Assembly (NCBI GenBank): GCA_041695325.1
Contig: JBGFRC010000001.1
Span: 7,686-71,685 of the forward strand
From: Pseudomonadota bacterium
GTDB taxonomy: Bacteria > Pseudomonadota > Gammaproteobacteria > SURF-13
DNA length: 64,000 bases
Direction of reading: 5' to 3'
Both the position numbers and the translations under genes were made by a program. Of the stretch, positions 35,071 through 44,377 are shown piece after piece. The notes under the pieces are model-generated. The model had not been told where the DNA came from, did not search any database, and was given only the letters and a program-made list of their open reading frames with translations. The first letter of the stretch is position 1; every line of letters begins with the position of its first letter.

Positions 35071-36189
35071 ATGGAACGCTGTGACGCAGCCATCATAGGC
35101 GGCGGGCCGGGCGGCTCCAGCGCGGCGTGGAAGCTCAAACGCGCGGGTCTCGAGGTCGTGGTGCTGGACAAAAAAACCTTCCCGCGCGACAAGGTGTGCG
35201 CGGGCTGGATCACGCCCAAGGTGGTGGACGCGCTGGAGCTCGATCTGGATGATTATCGCGCAAGCCGCGTGTTGCAAGCCTTCACCGGCTTTCGCACCGG
35301 CTGTCTGGGACAGGACCAGGTTGAAACGACCTACGGCGAGCCGGTGAGTTACGGCATACGCCGCTGCGAATTCGACCACTATCTGCTGCAGCGCTCAGGC
35401 GCGCGGCTCAGGCTCGGCGAGGCGTTGCAATCACTGCGGCGCGAGAACGGCGAATGGATCATCAACGAATCATTGCGCGCGCCGTTGCTGATCGGCGCGG
35501 GCGGGCACTTTTGTCCGGTGGCGCGCCGCCTGGGCGCCAGGCTGGGCGGCACCGAATCCGTGGTCGCCGCGCAGGAAGTTGAGTTCGCCATGAACGAGCG
35601 CCAGATGCAAGAGTGCCGCGTGGCGCAGGAAACGCCGGAATTATTTTTCTGCTCCGACCTCAAGGGCTACGGCTGGGCGGTGCGCAAGGGAAATTATCTC
35701 AATATCGGCCTGGGGCGCGAGGACAATCACAAACTGGCCGCGCACGTGGAAGCGTTTTGCGCGCTCCTTAAGCAACGGGGCAAGATTCCGCACGACATCC
35801 CGGCCCATTTCAACGGCCATGCCTATCTGCTGTACGCGCACACGCCCAGAAAAATCGTCGCGGACGGCGCGCTGCTCATCGGCGACGCCGCCGGGCTGGC
35901 CTACCCGCAGAGCGGCGAAGGCATACTACCCGCGATCGAATCCGCCCTGCTGGCCGCGGACGTCATCCTCGCCGCTCACGGCGACTACCGCTGCGACCAG
36001 TTGACGCCTTATGAAGAAAGGCTCGCGGCGCGCTTTGGCGCGCGCAAGGCCAAGACTCATGCCGGTGTCGTGGTCGAGAAGCTGAAGCAGGTGATGGGAC
36101 GCAGGCTCCTCGCCACACGCTGGTTCTCGCGTCACATCGTGCTGGAGCGGTGGTTCTTGCACAGCCATCTCCCCCCGCTTTACCCCTAG
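35071..36189 (+). CDS. FAD-dependent oxidoreductase (geranylgeranyl reductase family)
   Basis: Rossmann motif AAIIGGGPGGSSAA at the N-terminus; ~370 aa. Confidence 0.75.
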   Translation: MERCDAAIIGGGPGGSSAAWKLKRAGLEVVVLDKKTFPRDKVCAGWITPKVVDALELDLDDYRASRVLQAFTGFRTGCLGQDQVETTYGEPVSYGIRRCEFDHYLLQRSGARLRLGEALQSLRRENGEWIINESLRAPLLIGAGGHFCPVARRLGARLGGTESVVAAQEVEFAMNERQMQECRVAQETPELFFCSDLKGYGWAVRKGNYLNIGLGREDNHKLAAHVEAFCALLKQRGKIPHDIPAHFNGHAYLLYAHTPRKIVADGALLIGDAAGLAYPQSGEGILPAIESALLAADVILAAHGDYRCDQLTPYEERLAARFGARKAKTHAGVVVEKLKQVMGRRLLATRWFSRHIVLERWFLHSHLPPLYP

Positions 36190-36200
36190 CAGGTTGTTTC

Positions 36201-36239
36201 GCAAAGCGAAAAGTGTCATTTTCGCTTTGCTTCGTTTTT
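36201..36239 (+). terminator. rho-independent terminator (perfect 12-bp stem, 6-nt loop, T-run)
   Basis: gcaaagcgaaaa-gtgtca-ttttcgctttgc followed by ttcgttttt, 12 nt after the stop of the oxidoreductase gene. Confidence 0.6.
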
Positions 36240-36411
36240 CAAGCACATAAAGCGTGCTTGAAAAATGGCGGTGCCTGCGGCGCTCTCGCATCCTGCTTCG
36301 CTTGCAAGGCCAGGGCAAGCCATCCTTGGCTTGCCCGCTCGCAGCAGTGCTGCTCGCCCCTGCAACGCACGCAGGCTGTTTCTCAACAGCCTGCTAGCAG
36401 GCAGTTCGACG

Positions 36412-37071
36412 TCAGGCCGTGGCGAGCAACGCAGCATCGCCCCGCAGGCCGTCCTTATTATTGCGCGCGCGCAGCAAGGTCCAGTAATCGAACAGATTGA
36501 CCGGCGTTTGTTCAATAACATCGAGGCCGGTTTGATCCAGGAAAAGTTCCAGGGAAAAATCCGGACGAAACCCCAGCAGTCTGGACAGGGGCGCAATCAG
36601 GCGCTCTACGCCGCCCACCACTGGATTGCCATGCTGGAAGTGATTCACGATATACAGCTCGCCCTCCGGCTTGCATACGCGGCGCATCTCATCCACCAGG
36701 CGCGCGGGATGAGGCACCACGGAGGCCACGTACATCGCTACCACCTTGTCGAAGCTGTCGTCGGCAAAACGCATCTGTTCCGCGTTCATCTTGTGCAATG
36801 CCTCGATGTGGCGCAGGCCGTCCCTTTCAACACGCGCCCTGGCGCGCGCCAGCATCTCGTCGGACACGTCTATCCCGGTGATATGCACATCGCGCGGATA
36901 AAGCGGCAGGGACAGCCCCGTGCCGACGCCCACTTCCAGGATGCGCTCTCCGGGCCGGCATCTCATCCGCTCGATGACCGCGCGGCGCCCCGGCTGAAAC
37001 AGCGCGCCGAAATAAAAATCATAGCGTTGCGCGTAACGCCGGTAAACCCTTTCGACGGCCTGGATGTCCAT
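36412..37071 (-). CDS. class I SAM-dependent methyltransferase
   Basis: ILEVGVGTGLSLPLY motif I; ~219 aa. Confidence 0.75.
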   Translation of the reverse strand: MDIQAVERVYRRYAQRYDFYFGALFQPGRRAVIERMRCRPGERILEVGVGTGLSLPLYPRDVHITGIDVSDEMLARARARVERDGLRHIEALHKMNAEQMRFADDSFDKVVAMYVASVVPHPARLVDEMRRVCKPEGELYIVNHFQHGNPVVGGVERLIAPLSRLLGFRPDFSLELFLDQTGLDVIEQTPVNLFDYWTLLRARNNKDGLRGDAALLATA

Positions 37072-37146
37072 AAAGGCTCCTCAAGGTTGCAGCATCGAAT
37101 ACATTTTGCGTAAAAGCAGCCGTGCAATCAAGAGCGTATGCTTGCA

Positions 37147-37836
37147 TTAACGCACGCCACATTCGAGTACATCGTCCTTTAGCGCCGCGCACATGCGCCA
37201 CATATATTCTTCCTCATAGGCGCTGCGCTGAAGAAAGGAAGGGTCGAGCACCTTATCCGGCAGAAACTTCTGCAGCACGTAACGCCGGGCCCCCTTTATC
37301 AATTTTCCTATCGCCAGAATGTCCTTTTCGTCCAGTTGCGATTTGACCACGGTGGTCCTGAATTCATAGGATACGCCGGAACCCATGACTAATGCAATGC
37401 TGGCGGCGATGTTGCGCGTATCCACGTCCCTATTGATGACCTCCCGGTATTTTTCAAGAGGGGCCTTCACGTCCATGGCGATGTAATCCACCAGCCTGCG
37501 GTCAATTATTTGCTTCAGCGCTTCCGGATTGACGCCGTTGGTGTCAAGCTTCACCAGGAAGCCGAGATTTTTCACCTGGCGCATGAATTCCGGCAAATCG
37601 GCCTGCAGGGTCGGCTCGCCTCCCGTGATGGTGACGGCGTCCAGTATGCCGCAGCGCGTGCGCAAAAAATCAAGCACCTCCTGTTCCGGAATCAACTCCG
37701 CATAGCGCTCGGGCAAGACGAGTTCCGCATTGTAACAATAGCCGCAGCGAAAATCACAGCCGCGGGTGAAGATCACGGCGCAGATTTCGTCAGGGTAATC
37801 TATCAGGGAAACCTTCTGTAATCCTCCGATGTCCAC
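37147..37836 (-). CDS. nrdG: anaerobic ribonucleoside-triphosphate reductase activating protein (radical SAM)
   Basis: CDFRCGYCYN radical-SAM cysteine motif; directly downstream of nrdD. Confidence 0.9.
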   Translation of the reverse strand: MDIGGLQKVSLIDYPDEICAVIFTRGCDFRCGYCYNAELVLPERYAELIPEQEVLDFLRTRCGILDAVTITGGEPTLQADLPEFMRQVKNLGFLVKLDTNGVNPEALKQIIDRRLVDYIAMDVKAPLEKYREVINRDVDTRNIAASIALVMGSGVSYEFRTTVVKSQLDEKDILAIGKLIKGARRYVLQKFLPDKVLDPSFLQRSAYEEEYMWRMCAALKDDVLECGVR

Positions 37837-37838
37837 CG

Positions 37839-39926
37839 CTATACCTTGTACGTCCTTCTGCGCGCAAATTCTTCCTGCTTACCCTTGTTCCACTGGTCGG
37901 TCGGACGTAAATATCCCACGATGCGCGAGTACACCTCGCAGCGCGCGCCGCATTGGGGACACTGCGCGTATTGTCCCGCGAGATAGCCGTGCGCGGGACA
38001 AACACTGAAGGTGGGAGTGAAGGTGAAATAAGGCAGGCGGTAGCGCTCGCAAATCCTGCGCACCAGCTTTTTTATCACCCGGGGCGACTCGATCCTTTCT
38101 CCCACGAAGATATGCAGCACGGTGCCACCCGTGTATTTCGTCTGCAGATCGTCCTGCAGATCCAGCGCCTCAAAAAAGTCATCGGTGTAGTGCACCGGCA
38201 GGTGCGTGGAATTGGTATAAAACGGCTGCGCACCCTTCCTATAATGCTCCTCGTTGGCGCAAATAATATCCGGAAATTTCTTTTTGTCCTTTTGCGCCAG
38301 ACGATAGGCCGTGGACTCCGCCGGCGTGGCCTCGAGGTTATAGTTGTTGCCCGTCTCCTGCTGGAACTCGATGAGCGTGGCACGCATGAAATCGAGTATC
38401 CTGAGCGCGAAGGCGCGCCCGGCCGGGCTCGCGATAGTCTCGCCCAGCAGGTTCAGGCAGGCCTCGTTCATGCCCACCAGGCCGATGGTGGAAAAGTGAT
38501 TCTTCCAGTAGGCGCCGAAGCGCTGTTTGATGTCGCGCAAATAATATTTGACGTAGGGATAAAGCGATTTCTCCGTAAGCCGCTCCAGGGTCTTGCGTTT
38601 GACCTCCAGGCTATCCTTGGCAAGCCGCATCAGGCCGGACAGGCGCTGCTTGAACTCCTCTTCGTCCGCGGAAAGATAGCCCAGGCGCGGCATGTTGATG
38701 GTGACCACGCCGATCGAACCGGTGAGCGGGTTGGCACCGAAGAAGCCGCCGCCCCTGCGCTCCAGCAGGCGGGTGTCTATTCTCAGCCGGCAGCACATCG
38801 AGCGCGCATCTTCCGGCTTCATGTCGGAATTGATAAAGTTGGAAAAGTAGGGCACGCCGTACTTCGCCGTCATGCGCCACAGGCCCTCCAAGTCCGGGTT
38901 GTCCCAGTCAAAATCGCGCGTGACGTTGTAGGTGGGTATCGGGAAAGTGAACACGCGTCCCGCGGCGTCGCCATCCTGCATGACTTCGCAAAACGCCCGG
39001 TTGAACAAATTCATCTCATTCTGGAAATCCTGGTACGGTTTATCCTGCGCCACGCCGCCGATGATGACGCCTTGTCCGGCAAGATAGTCGGGCGGGCGCA
39101 AGTCCAACGTGATATTGGTAAACGGGGTCTGAAATCCGACGCGGGTCGGCACGTTGATATTGAAGATGAATTCCTGCACGGCCTGCTTTACTTCCGCGTA
39201 GTCCAAGCCGTCATAGCGGATAAACGGCGCGAGCAAGGTGTCGAAGTTGGAAAAGGCCTGCGCCCCCGCCGCCTCGCCCTGCAGGGTATAAAAGAAATTC
39301 ACCACCTGTCCCAGCGCGCTGCGGAAATGCCTGGCGGGGCGGCTTTCTATTTTTCCCTGCACGCCTTTGAAACCCTGCGTCAGCAGATCGGTGAGGTCCC
39401 ATCCCACGCAGTAAACCGAGATGGCGTTGAGGTTGTGGATGTGGAAATCGCCGTCCGCATAGGCCTGCCTGATTTCCGGACTGTAGACTTTATTGAGCCA
39501 ATAGACCTTGCTGACTTCGGATGAAATATAGTTGTTGAGCCCCTGCAGGGAATAGGTCATGTTGCTGTTTTCGCTCACCTGCCAATCGAGCTGCCGCAGA
39601 TAATGATCCACCAGCTCAACGTCAGCCTTGGCGATGATTTCGCGCAGCGCCGCGTGTTGCGCGCGATAGAGGATGTAGGCCTTGGCGGTGGCATGATAGG
39701 GCGAGGACAACAGCACCTCTTCCACCGCATCCTGGATTTCCTCCACGCTCGGCGTCCTGGCGCCCAGCTTCCGGTGCGCGGCGTCCACTACCTCGGCGGT
39801 CAACGCCTCGGCGACGTCAGGGCCGAATTCGCCCGTGGCCGTTCCCGCGCGCGCGATGGCGCGAGTGATTCTGGCGGCGTCAAAGGCCGTTACCGTCCCA
39901 TCGCGCTTGATGATGGCTTCAAACAT
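37839..39926 (-). CDS. nrdD: anaerobic ribonucleoside-triphosphate reductase (class III RNR)
   Basis: 695 aa; C-terminal Zn ribbon CPAHGYLAGQYAQCPQCG and glycyl-radical region ...SRIVGYL... Confidence 0.93.
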   Translation of the reverse strand: MFEAIIKRDGTVTAFDAARITRAIARAGTATGEFGPDVAEALTAEVVDAAHRKLGARTPSVEEIQDAVEEVLLSSPYHATAKAYILYRAQHAALREIIAKADVELVDHYLRQLDWQVSENSNMTYSLQGLNNYISSEVSKVYWLNKVYSPEIRQAYADGDFHIHNLNAISVYCVGWDLTDLLTQGFKGVQGKIESRPARHFRSALGQVVNFFYTLQGEAAGAQAFSNFDTLLAPFIRYDGLDYAEVKQAVQEFIFNINVPTRVGFQTPFTNITLDLRPPDYLAGQGVIIGGVAQDKPYQDFQNEMNLFNRAFCEVMQDGDAAGRVFTFPIPTYNVTRDFDWDNPDLEGLWRMTAKYGVPYFSNFINSDMKPEDARSMCCRLRIDTRLLERRGGGFFGANPLTGSIGVVTINMPRLGYLSADEEEFKQRLSGLMRLAKDSLEVKRKTLERLTEKSLYPYVKYYLRDIKQRFGAYWKNHFSTIGLVGMNEACLNLLGETIASPAGRAFALRILDFMRATLIEFQQETGNNYNLEATPAESTAYRLAQKDKKKFPDIICANEEHYRKGAQPFYTNSTHLPVHYTDDFFEALDLQDDLQTKYTGGTVLHIFVGERIESPRVIKKLVRRICERYRLPYFTFTPTFSVCPAHGYLAGQYAQCPQCGARCEVYSRIVGYLRPTDQWNKGKQEEFARRRTYKV

Positions 39927-39966
39927 CGCTCCGGCTCACTCCTTGCGGCAACACGGCATTAACCGC

Positions 39967-40362
39967 TCACAGGCGCGGCGTCGCCTCGTGCGCGTAGGTC
40001 TTTTCACGCTGGCTTTGACAGGTGAAGCAGCGTTTGGCGGTGGGATAGACGCTGAGCCGCTCGTAGCCGATGTCGCCGCCGCAATCAATGCAGACGCCGT
40101 AGCTCAAGTCGGCCAGGCGCAGCCACGCCGCTTCGATGTCGCGGATTTCCTGGATCTGGCGGTCAAACAGGGCGGCGTCCATGTCCGCCAGCATGTCGGC
40201 CACCGATTCATCGCCGATATCCAATACGCCCGAAACCAGGTCGGCATAGTGCTTTTCTCCGGAACGAATCAGCTCCGCGCGCGCCTCGTCGCGCAGTTTG
40301 GTGAAATTGTTGTTCAGCAGTTGACGCAGTTGCTTCAACTGCGCGTTGGTCAGATTGGCCAT
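39967..40362 (-). CDS. TraR/DksA-family C4 zinc-finger regulator
   Basis: C-terminus CIDCGGDIGYERLSVYPTAKRCFTCQ, a four-Cys DksA/TraR finger; ~131 aa. Confidence 0.8.
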   Translation of the reverse strand: MANLTNAQLKQLRQLLNNNFTKLRDEARAELIRSGEKHYADLVSGVLDIGDESVADMLADMDAALFDRQIQEIRDIEAAWLRLADLSYGVCIDCGGDIGYERLSVYPTAKRCFTCQSQREKTYAHEATPRL

Positions 40363-40533
40363 GGCATATCTCCCTTTAAAGTAGGGCTTAAGGAACCTCT
40401 GATTAAGTCAGAAGTTCCTTGCGGTGCAGGGACGCACTGCCATTTTTCAAACACAAAGTGTTTGAAAAATGGAGACCAGGATGGACTTATTCAGAGCTTC
40501 ATATAAGATACCTCAAGCGCTCCTCGAACGGGT

Positions 40534-40547
40534 TTGATGTAGATCAA
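40534..40547. promoter_or_regulatory. perfect FNR-type box TTGAT-GTAG-ATCAA in the divergent region between the dksA-like/nrdDG genes and the dodecin gene
   Basis: Sequence ttgatgtagatcaa matches TTGAT-N4-ATCAA. The spacing suits a class II promoter with a taaact -10 for dodecin (ATG at 40612) and a tatctt -10 on the other strand. Confidence 0.5.
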
Positions 40548-40611
40548 CTTCCACGCTGCAGGTGTTTTGTAAACTGTCATGGTCTTATATCAGGCGCAAA
40601 AGGAGGCCGTT

Positions 40612-40815
40612 ATGCCGCATATACTGAAAGTGATCGAGGTGCTCGCCGAGTCGGATAAGAGCTGGGAAGACGCGGCAGGGCAAGCCATAGCCCGTGCGGC
40701 CAAAACCCTGCACGGCATCAAATCCATCTACATCAAGAATTTCGAGGCCAAGGTGGAAAACAACAAAATCATCAGCTACCGCATCAATGCAAATATTTCA
40801 TTCCTGCTGGATTAG
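40612..40815 (+). CDS. dodecin-family flavin-binding protein
   Basis: MPHILKVIEVLAESDKSWEDAAGQAIARAAKTLHGIKSIYIKNFEAKVENNKIISYRINANISF, the 67-aa dodecin fold. RBS aaaggagg 6 nt upstream. Confidence 0.75.
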   Translation: MPHILKVIEVLAESDKSWEDAAGQAIARAAKTLHGIKSIYIKNFEAKVENNKIISYRINANISFLLD

Positions 40816-40838
40816 CGCAAATATTCCACCGTGACCAA

Positions 40839-41477
40839 TCAGCGGCCTTGCTTGCCGTCGCGCAGAATGGCAACCACCTCCTCGTCTTCCACCTGGGGGA
40901 AATCGAGATAAAACTGCCCCACCGCCTGGAAATACTCCGGTGTGTGCAGGCAGATCACCTCGTCGGCGTAGCCGGCAACCTTGCGCAGCGTATCGGGCGG
41001 CGCCACCGGCACGGCGGCGATCAATTTCTCCGGCTTCTTGGCGCGCAGCGCGTGCAGGGCCGAGATCATGGTGGCGCCCGTGGCCAGGCCGTCGTCCACC
41101 ACGATCACGACGCGGCCTTGCGGGTCCACCGGGGGGTGCACCGGCGTATATTGGGCGCGGCGCTTGCGCATGGTCGCAAGCTGGGCCTGCTTCTCGCGTT
41201 CAATGTATTCAGGGGTGGCGCCCACGCTCGCGGCATAATCCGCAATATAGGTCCAGCCGCTCTCATCCACTGAACCGATGGCGAATTCGGGGCTGCCCGG
41301 CGCGCTGATTTTCCTGACCAGCACCACGTCCATCTCGCCGCCCAGTTCATCGGCGATCAATTTCGCCATGGGCACTGCGCCGCGCGGGATGGCGAGAATT
41401 AAAGGATCCCTGCCCCGGTAATGAGCAAGCTTTTCGGCAAGCCGCCGCGCGGCTTCACCGCGATTTTTAAAGATCAT
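40839..41477 (-). CDS. phosphoribosyltransferase-family protein (type I PRTase fold)
   Basis: MIFKNRGEAARRLAEKL... and PRPP-binding loop VVIVVDDGLATGATM; ~212 aa. Confidence 0.75.
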   Translation of the reverse strand: MIFKNRGEAARRLAEKLAHYRGRDPLILAIPRGAVPMAKLIADELGGEMDVVLVRKISAPGSPEFAIGSVDESGWTYIADYAASVGATPEYIEREKQAQLATMRKRRAQYTPVHPPVDPQGRVVIVVDDGLATGATMISALHALRAKKPEKLIAAVPVAPPDTLRKVAGYADEVICLHTPEYFQAVGQFYLDFPQVEDEEVVAILRDGKQGR

Positions 41478-41509
41478 GCTGTCCCCTCCCGCCAAAAAGC
41501 AATTAATCG

Positions 41510-42361
41510 TTACAGCGCGTGCGCAAGCTGCCGGGCGATGCCGGCCACGCGCACCTTGTGCGGAACCATCGTATCGAGCGTGTCGCTCACCAAAATCCCG
41601 TCAATCGGGGCCTTGGCCAGAATGGCGCGGCTCGGCGCGGAGAAGATCGCGTGCGTCGCGGCCACGGTAATGGACTTGGCGCCCTGTTGCTTCAGCAATG
41701 CCGCGGCGGAGGCGATGGTGCGCCCGGTGTCTATCATGTCGTCCACCATCAGCGCCCTTTTCCCCGCGACCGGGTAGCGCGCCGCGCCGCGCGCGACGAT
41801 ATCGTGACTGGGGCGGCGCTTGGGGATGGTGATGACGGGCAAGCCCTGCGCCACCTCCTCCGCGCGCTGTTGCGCGCCTTGATCGGGCGCGACGACGATA
41901 TCCGTTTTTCGCACAACGCTGCGCACCATATCCGGCAGGCACCGCAGCTCGATGTGAGGAGCAAGCATGGCGCGCAGCGCATCACTGTGCAGGTCCACAA
42001 ACACCCTGCGCCGCGCGGGAATGCGGTTTACGATCCCGGCCATCATGCGCGCCAGCACCGCCTCGCCTTTTTCCGACTGCCGGTCCTGACGGCTGTAGCC
42101 GAGATAGGGAATACAGAGCGCGGCGATGGTAATACCGCTGTCCTCCAAGGCCTGCGCCAGCGCCAGCAGCTCAAACAGCGAGTAAGGCGCGGGCGTGATG
42201 TTGCCCAGCAATATAGCCGAGGCGGGCTTCCTGGAAAATTTGAGCCGGAAATAATACTCGCCGTCCGCAAATTGCCTGACTTCATAGTGCAACAGGCGGC
42301 AATGCATACAGCGCGCGATTTTGCGCGCCAGGCCCAGGCAATTTTTTGCCGCCAGTATCAC
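41510..42361 (-). CDS. ribose-phosphate pyrophosphokinase (PRPP synthetase) family protein, divergent
   Basis: ...ALCIPYLGYSRQDRQ... and ...LMVDDMIDTGRT..., the Prs motifs. 283 aa with an atypical N-terminus. Confidence 0.8.
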   Translation of the reverse strand: MILAAKNCLGLARKIARCMHCRLLHYEVRQFADGEYYFRLKFSRKPASAILLGNITPAPYSLFELLALAQALEDSGITIAALCIPYLGYSRQDRQSEKGEAVLARMMAGIVNRIPARRRVFVDLHSDALRAMLAPHIELRCLPDMVRSVVRKTDIVVAPDQGAQQRAEEVAQGLPVITIPKRRPSHDIVARGAARYPVAGKRALMVDDMIDTGRTIASAAALLKQQGAKSITVAATHAIFSAPSRAILAKAPIDGILVSDTLDTMVPHKVRVAGIARQLAHAL

Positions 42362-42373
42362 CGTTTGGACGCC

Positions 42374-43807
42374 TCAGCCCTTGACGCACGCCTTGGGGCG
42401 CAGGAAAGCGACGCGCCGGGCGAGACCCGCCTTTTCCGTCGCCTCGGCCACCAGGTCCACGTCCTTATACGCGCCCGGCGCCTCTTCCGCCGCGCCGCGC
42501 ATGGAACGGGTGCGGATCAGGATGCCGTGCTCGGCCAGCTCGTCAATCAGCTCGCGTCCGCGCCAATGACGCAGCGCCTGATGGCGGCTCATGGAACGCC
42601 CCGCGCCATGGCTGGCCGAGGAGTAGGCCTTGATCTCGCTCTCCGCCGTGCCCGCCAGCACGTAGGAGCCGGTGCCCATGCTGCCGCCGATGATGACCGG
42701 CTGCCCCGTGTCGCGATAGCGTTCGGGAATGGCGGGATGCCCCGGGCCGAAGGCGCGCGTCGCGCCCTTGCGGTGCACGTGCAGCACGCGCTGCTTGCCG
42801 TTTACCTTGTGCTTCTCCACCTTGCAAGTGTTGTGCGATATGTCGAATAATGTTTCCAGCATGGCGTCCGGCAGCATGCGCGCGAACACTTCGCGCGTGA
42901 GGTGCGTCAGGATTTGACGATTGGCAAGCGCGCAATTGATGGCGGCGTTCATCGCGCCGATATACTGCTGCCCTTCCGGCGAATTGATCGGCGCGCAGGC
43001 CAGCTCGCGATCCGGTAAGGAAATTCCCAGACGCGCGGCGGCCTTGGCGAGCGAAACCAGATACTCGGTGCCGATCTGATGCCCCAGGCCGCGCGAGCCG
43101 CAGTGGATGGAGACCACGATCTGGCCCTGGCGCAGACCAAAAGCCCGCGCGGCCGGCTGATCGTAAATACGATCCACCACCTGCACTTCCAGATAATGGT
43201 TGCCCGACCCCAACGTACCCATCTCGCCGCGCTGGCGTTTCTTGGCGTAATCCGAGACGTTCTCAGGCACGGCGCTCGCCACGCAGCCGTTTTCTTCCAC
43301 ATACTCCAGGTCTTCCGGCACGCCATAGCCTTGTTTGACCGCCCACGCCGCCCCGCCCTTCAGCACCTGGTCAAGCTGCGCCGGGGCGAGCTTGAGCCGC
43401 CCTTCTTCGCCCACGCCCGCCGGGATAGTGTGATACAGGGCGTCGGCCAGGTCCTTTAACCTGGGCGTGACCGCGGGCAAATCGAGATTGGTGCGCAGGC
43501 AACGAATACCGCAGGAAATATCGAAACCCACGCCGCCCGCGGAGATGATGCCGCCCTGCTCGGCGTCAAACGCCGCCACGCCGCCGATGGGGAAGCCATA
43601 GCCCCAGTGCGCATCCGGCATGGTCATCGCGGCACCCACCAGACCGGGCAGCTTGGCGACGTTGGTGATCTGCTCCAGCACCTTGTCGTCCATGCTGGCC
43701 AGCAACGGCTCGCTGCCATACAGACATACCGGCGCGCGCTGCTCGCCGGCAGCGAGCGGCACACTCCAGCGATAATCATCTATCTTCTGCAAACGCCGCA
43801 TATCCAT
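42374..43807 (-). CDS. rtcB: RNA-splicing ligase RtcB
   Basis: MDMRRLQKIDDYRW...HCGSRGLGHQIG...ASHGAGR, canonical RtcB. Start at the internal Met to avoid a 56-nt overlap with archease. Confidence 0.93.
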   Translation of the reverse strand: MDMRRLQKIDDYRWSVPLAAGEQRAPVCLYGSEPLLASMDDKVLEQITNVAKLPGLVGAAMTMPDAHWGYGFPIGGVAAFDAEQGGIISAGGVGFDISCGIRCLRTNLDLPAVTPRLKDLADALYHTIPAGVGEEGRLKLAPAQLDQVLKGGAAWAVKQGYGVPEDLEYVEENGCVASAVPENVSDYAKKRQRGEMGTLGSGNHYLEVQVVDRIYDQPAARAFGLRQGQIVVSIHCGSRGLGHQIGTEYLVSLAKAAARLGISLPDRELACAPINSPEGQQYIGAMNAAINCALANRQILTHLTREVFARMLPDAMLETLFDISHNTCKVEKHKVNGKQRVLHVHRKGATRAFGPGHPAIPERYRDTGQPVIIGGSMGTGSYVLAGTAESEIKAYSSASHGAGRSMSRHQALRHWRGRELIDELAEHGILIRTRSMRGAAEEAPGAYKDVDLVAEATEKAGLARRVAFLRPKACVKG

Positions 43808-43841
43808 TGCGCTACCCTCTTTCTTTGGCGTTATGTGTGAA

Positions 43842-44249
43842 TCAAACATCCACCACGCAGCGCGCCTCCCAGCGGCCGTTCTTGCGCGTAACCGCAAGCA
43901 TGGTGAGCGTCGCTCCTTTTACCTCCACGCCGCGCTCCAAACCCTTGCGCCACGGCTCGCCCCACGCCTGTGCCTGCCATTGCTCGCCCTTCCTGTGTAA
44001 TTCAAAGCGTCCTAAAACCAGGCCTTGGGTCTGCGCCTCGGTGAGCAGGCGATTCAGCCAGGTGACGAACGCCAGCTCGGTGTCGGCCTCCGTGAAGCTG
44101 AACTCAATGTGGCGCGTATTGCGTACCCCGGCGATGGCCACCATGACGGCAAACATCGCTTGCGCGGCCGCGACAAAGGCCTCTTCCACCGTTTTCCCGT
44201 AACCGGTAATGCCGATGTCGGCCTCGTGGTCAAAATAGTCGTAATTCAT
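43842..44249 (-). CDS. archease (RtcB activator)
   Basis: MNYDYFDHEADIGITGYGKTVEEAFVAAAQAMF..., the archease signature. Immediately upstream of rtcB. Confidence 0.85.
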   Translation of the reverse strand: MNYDYFDHEADIGITGYGKTVEEAFVAAAQAMFAVMVAIAGVRNTRHIEFSFTEADTELAFVTWLNRLLTEAQTQGLVLGRFELHRKGEQWQAQAWGEPWRKGLERGVEVKGATLTMLAVTRKNGRWEARCVVDV

Positions 44250-44377
44250 TCCAGGATTAACCCTAGCACAGCCACGCTCGGCATTTGTTTGATCTAGCGC
44301 AAAGCAAGGCAACAATCACTGGCGGTGCGGCCAGCCGCGCTATAAAATTGAAAACAAGCGTCCCAGAGGAGAGCCGC

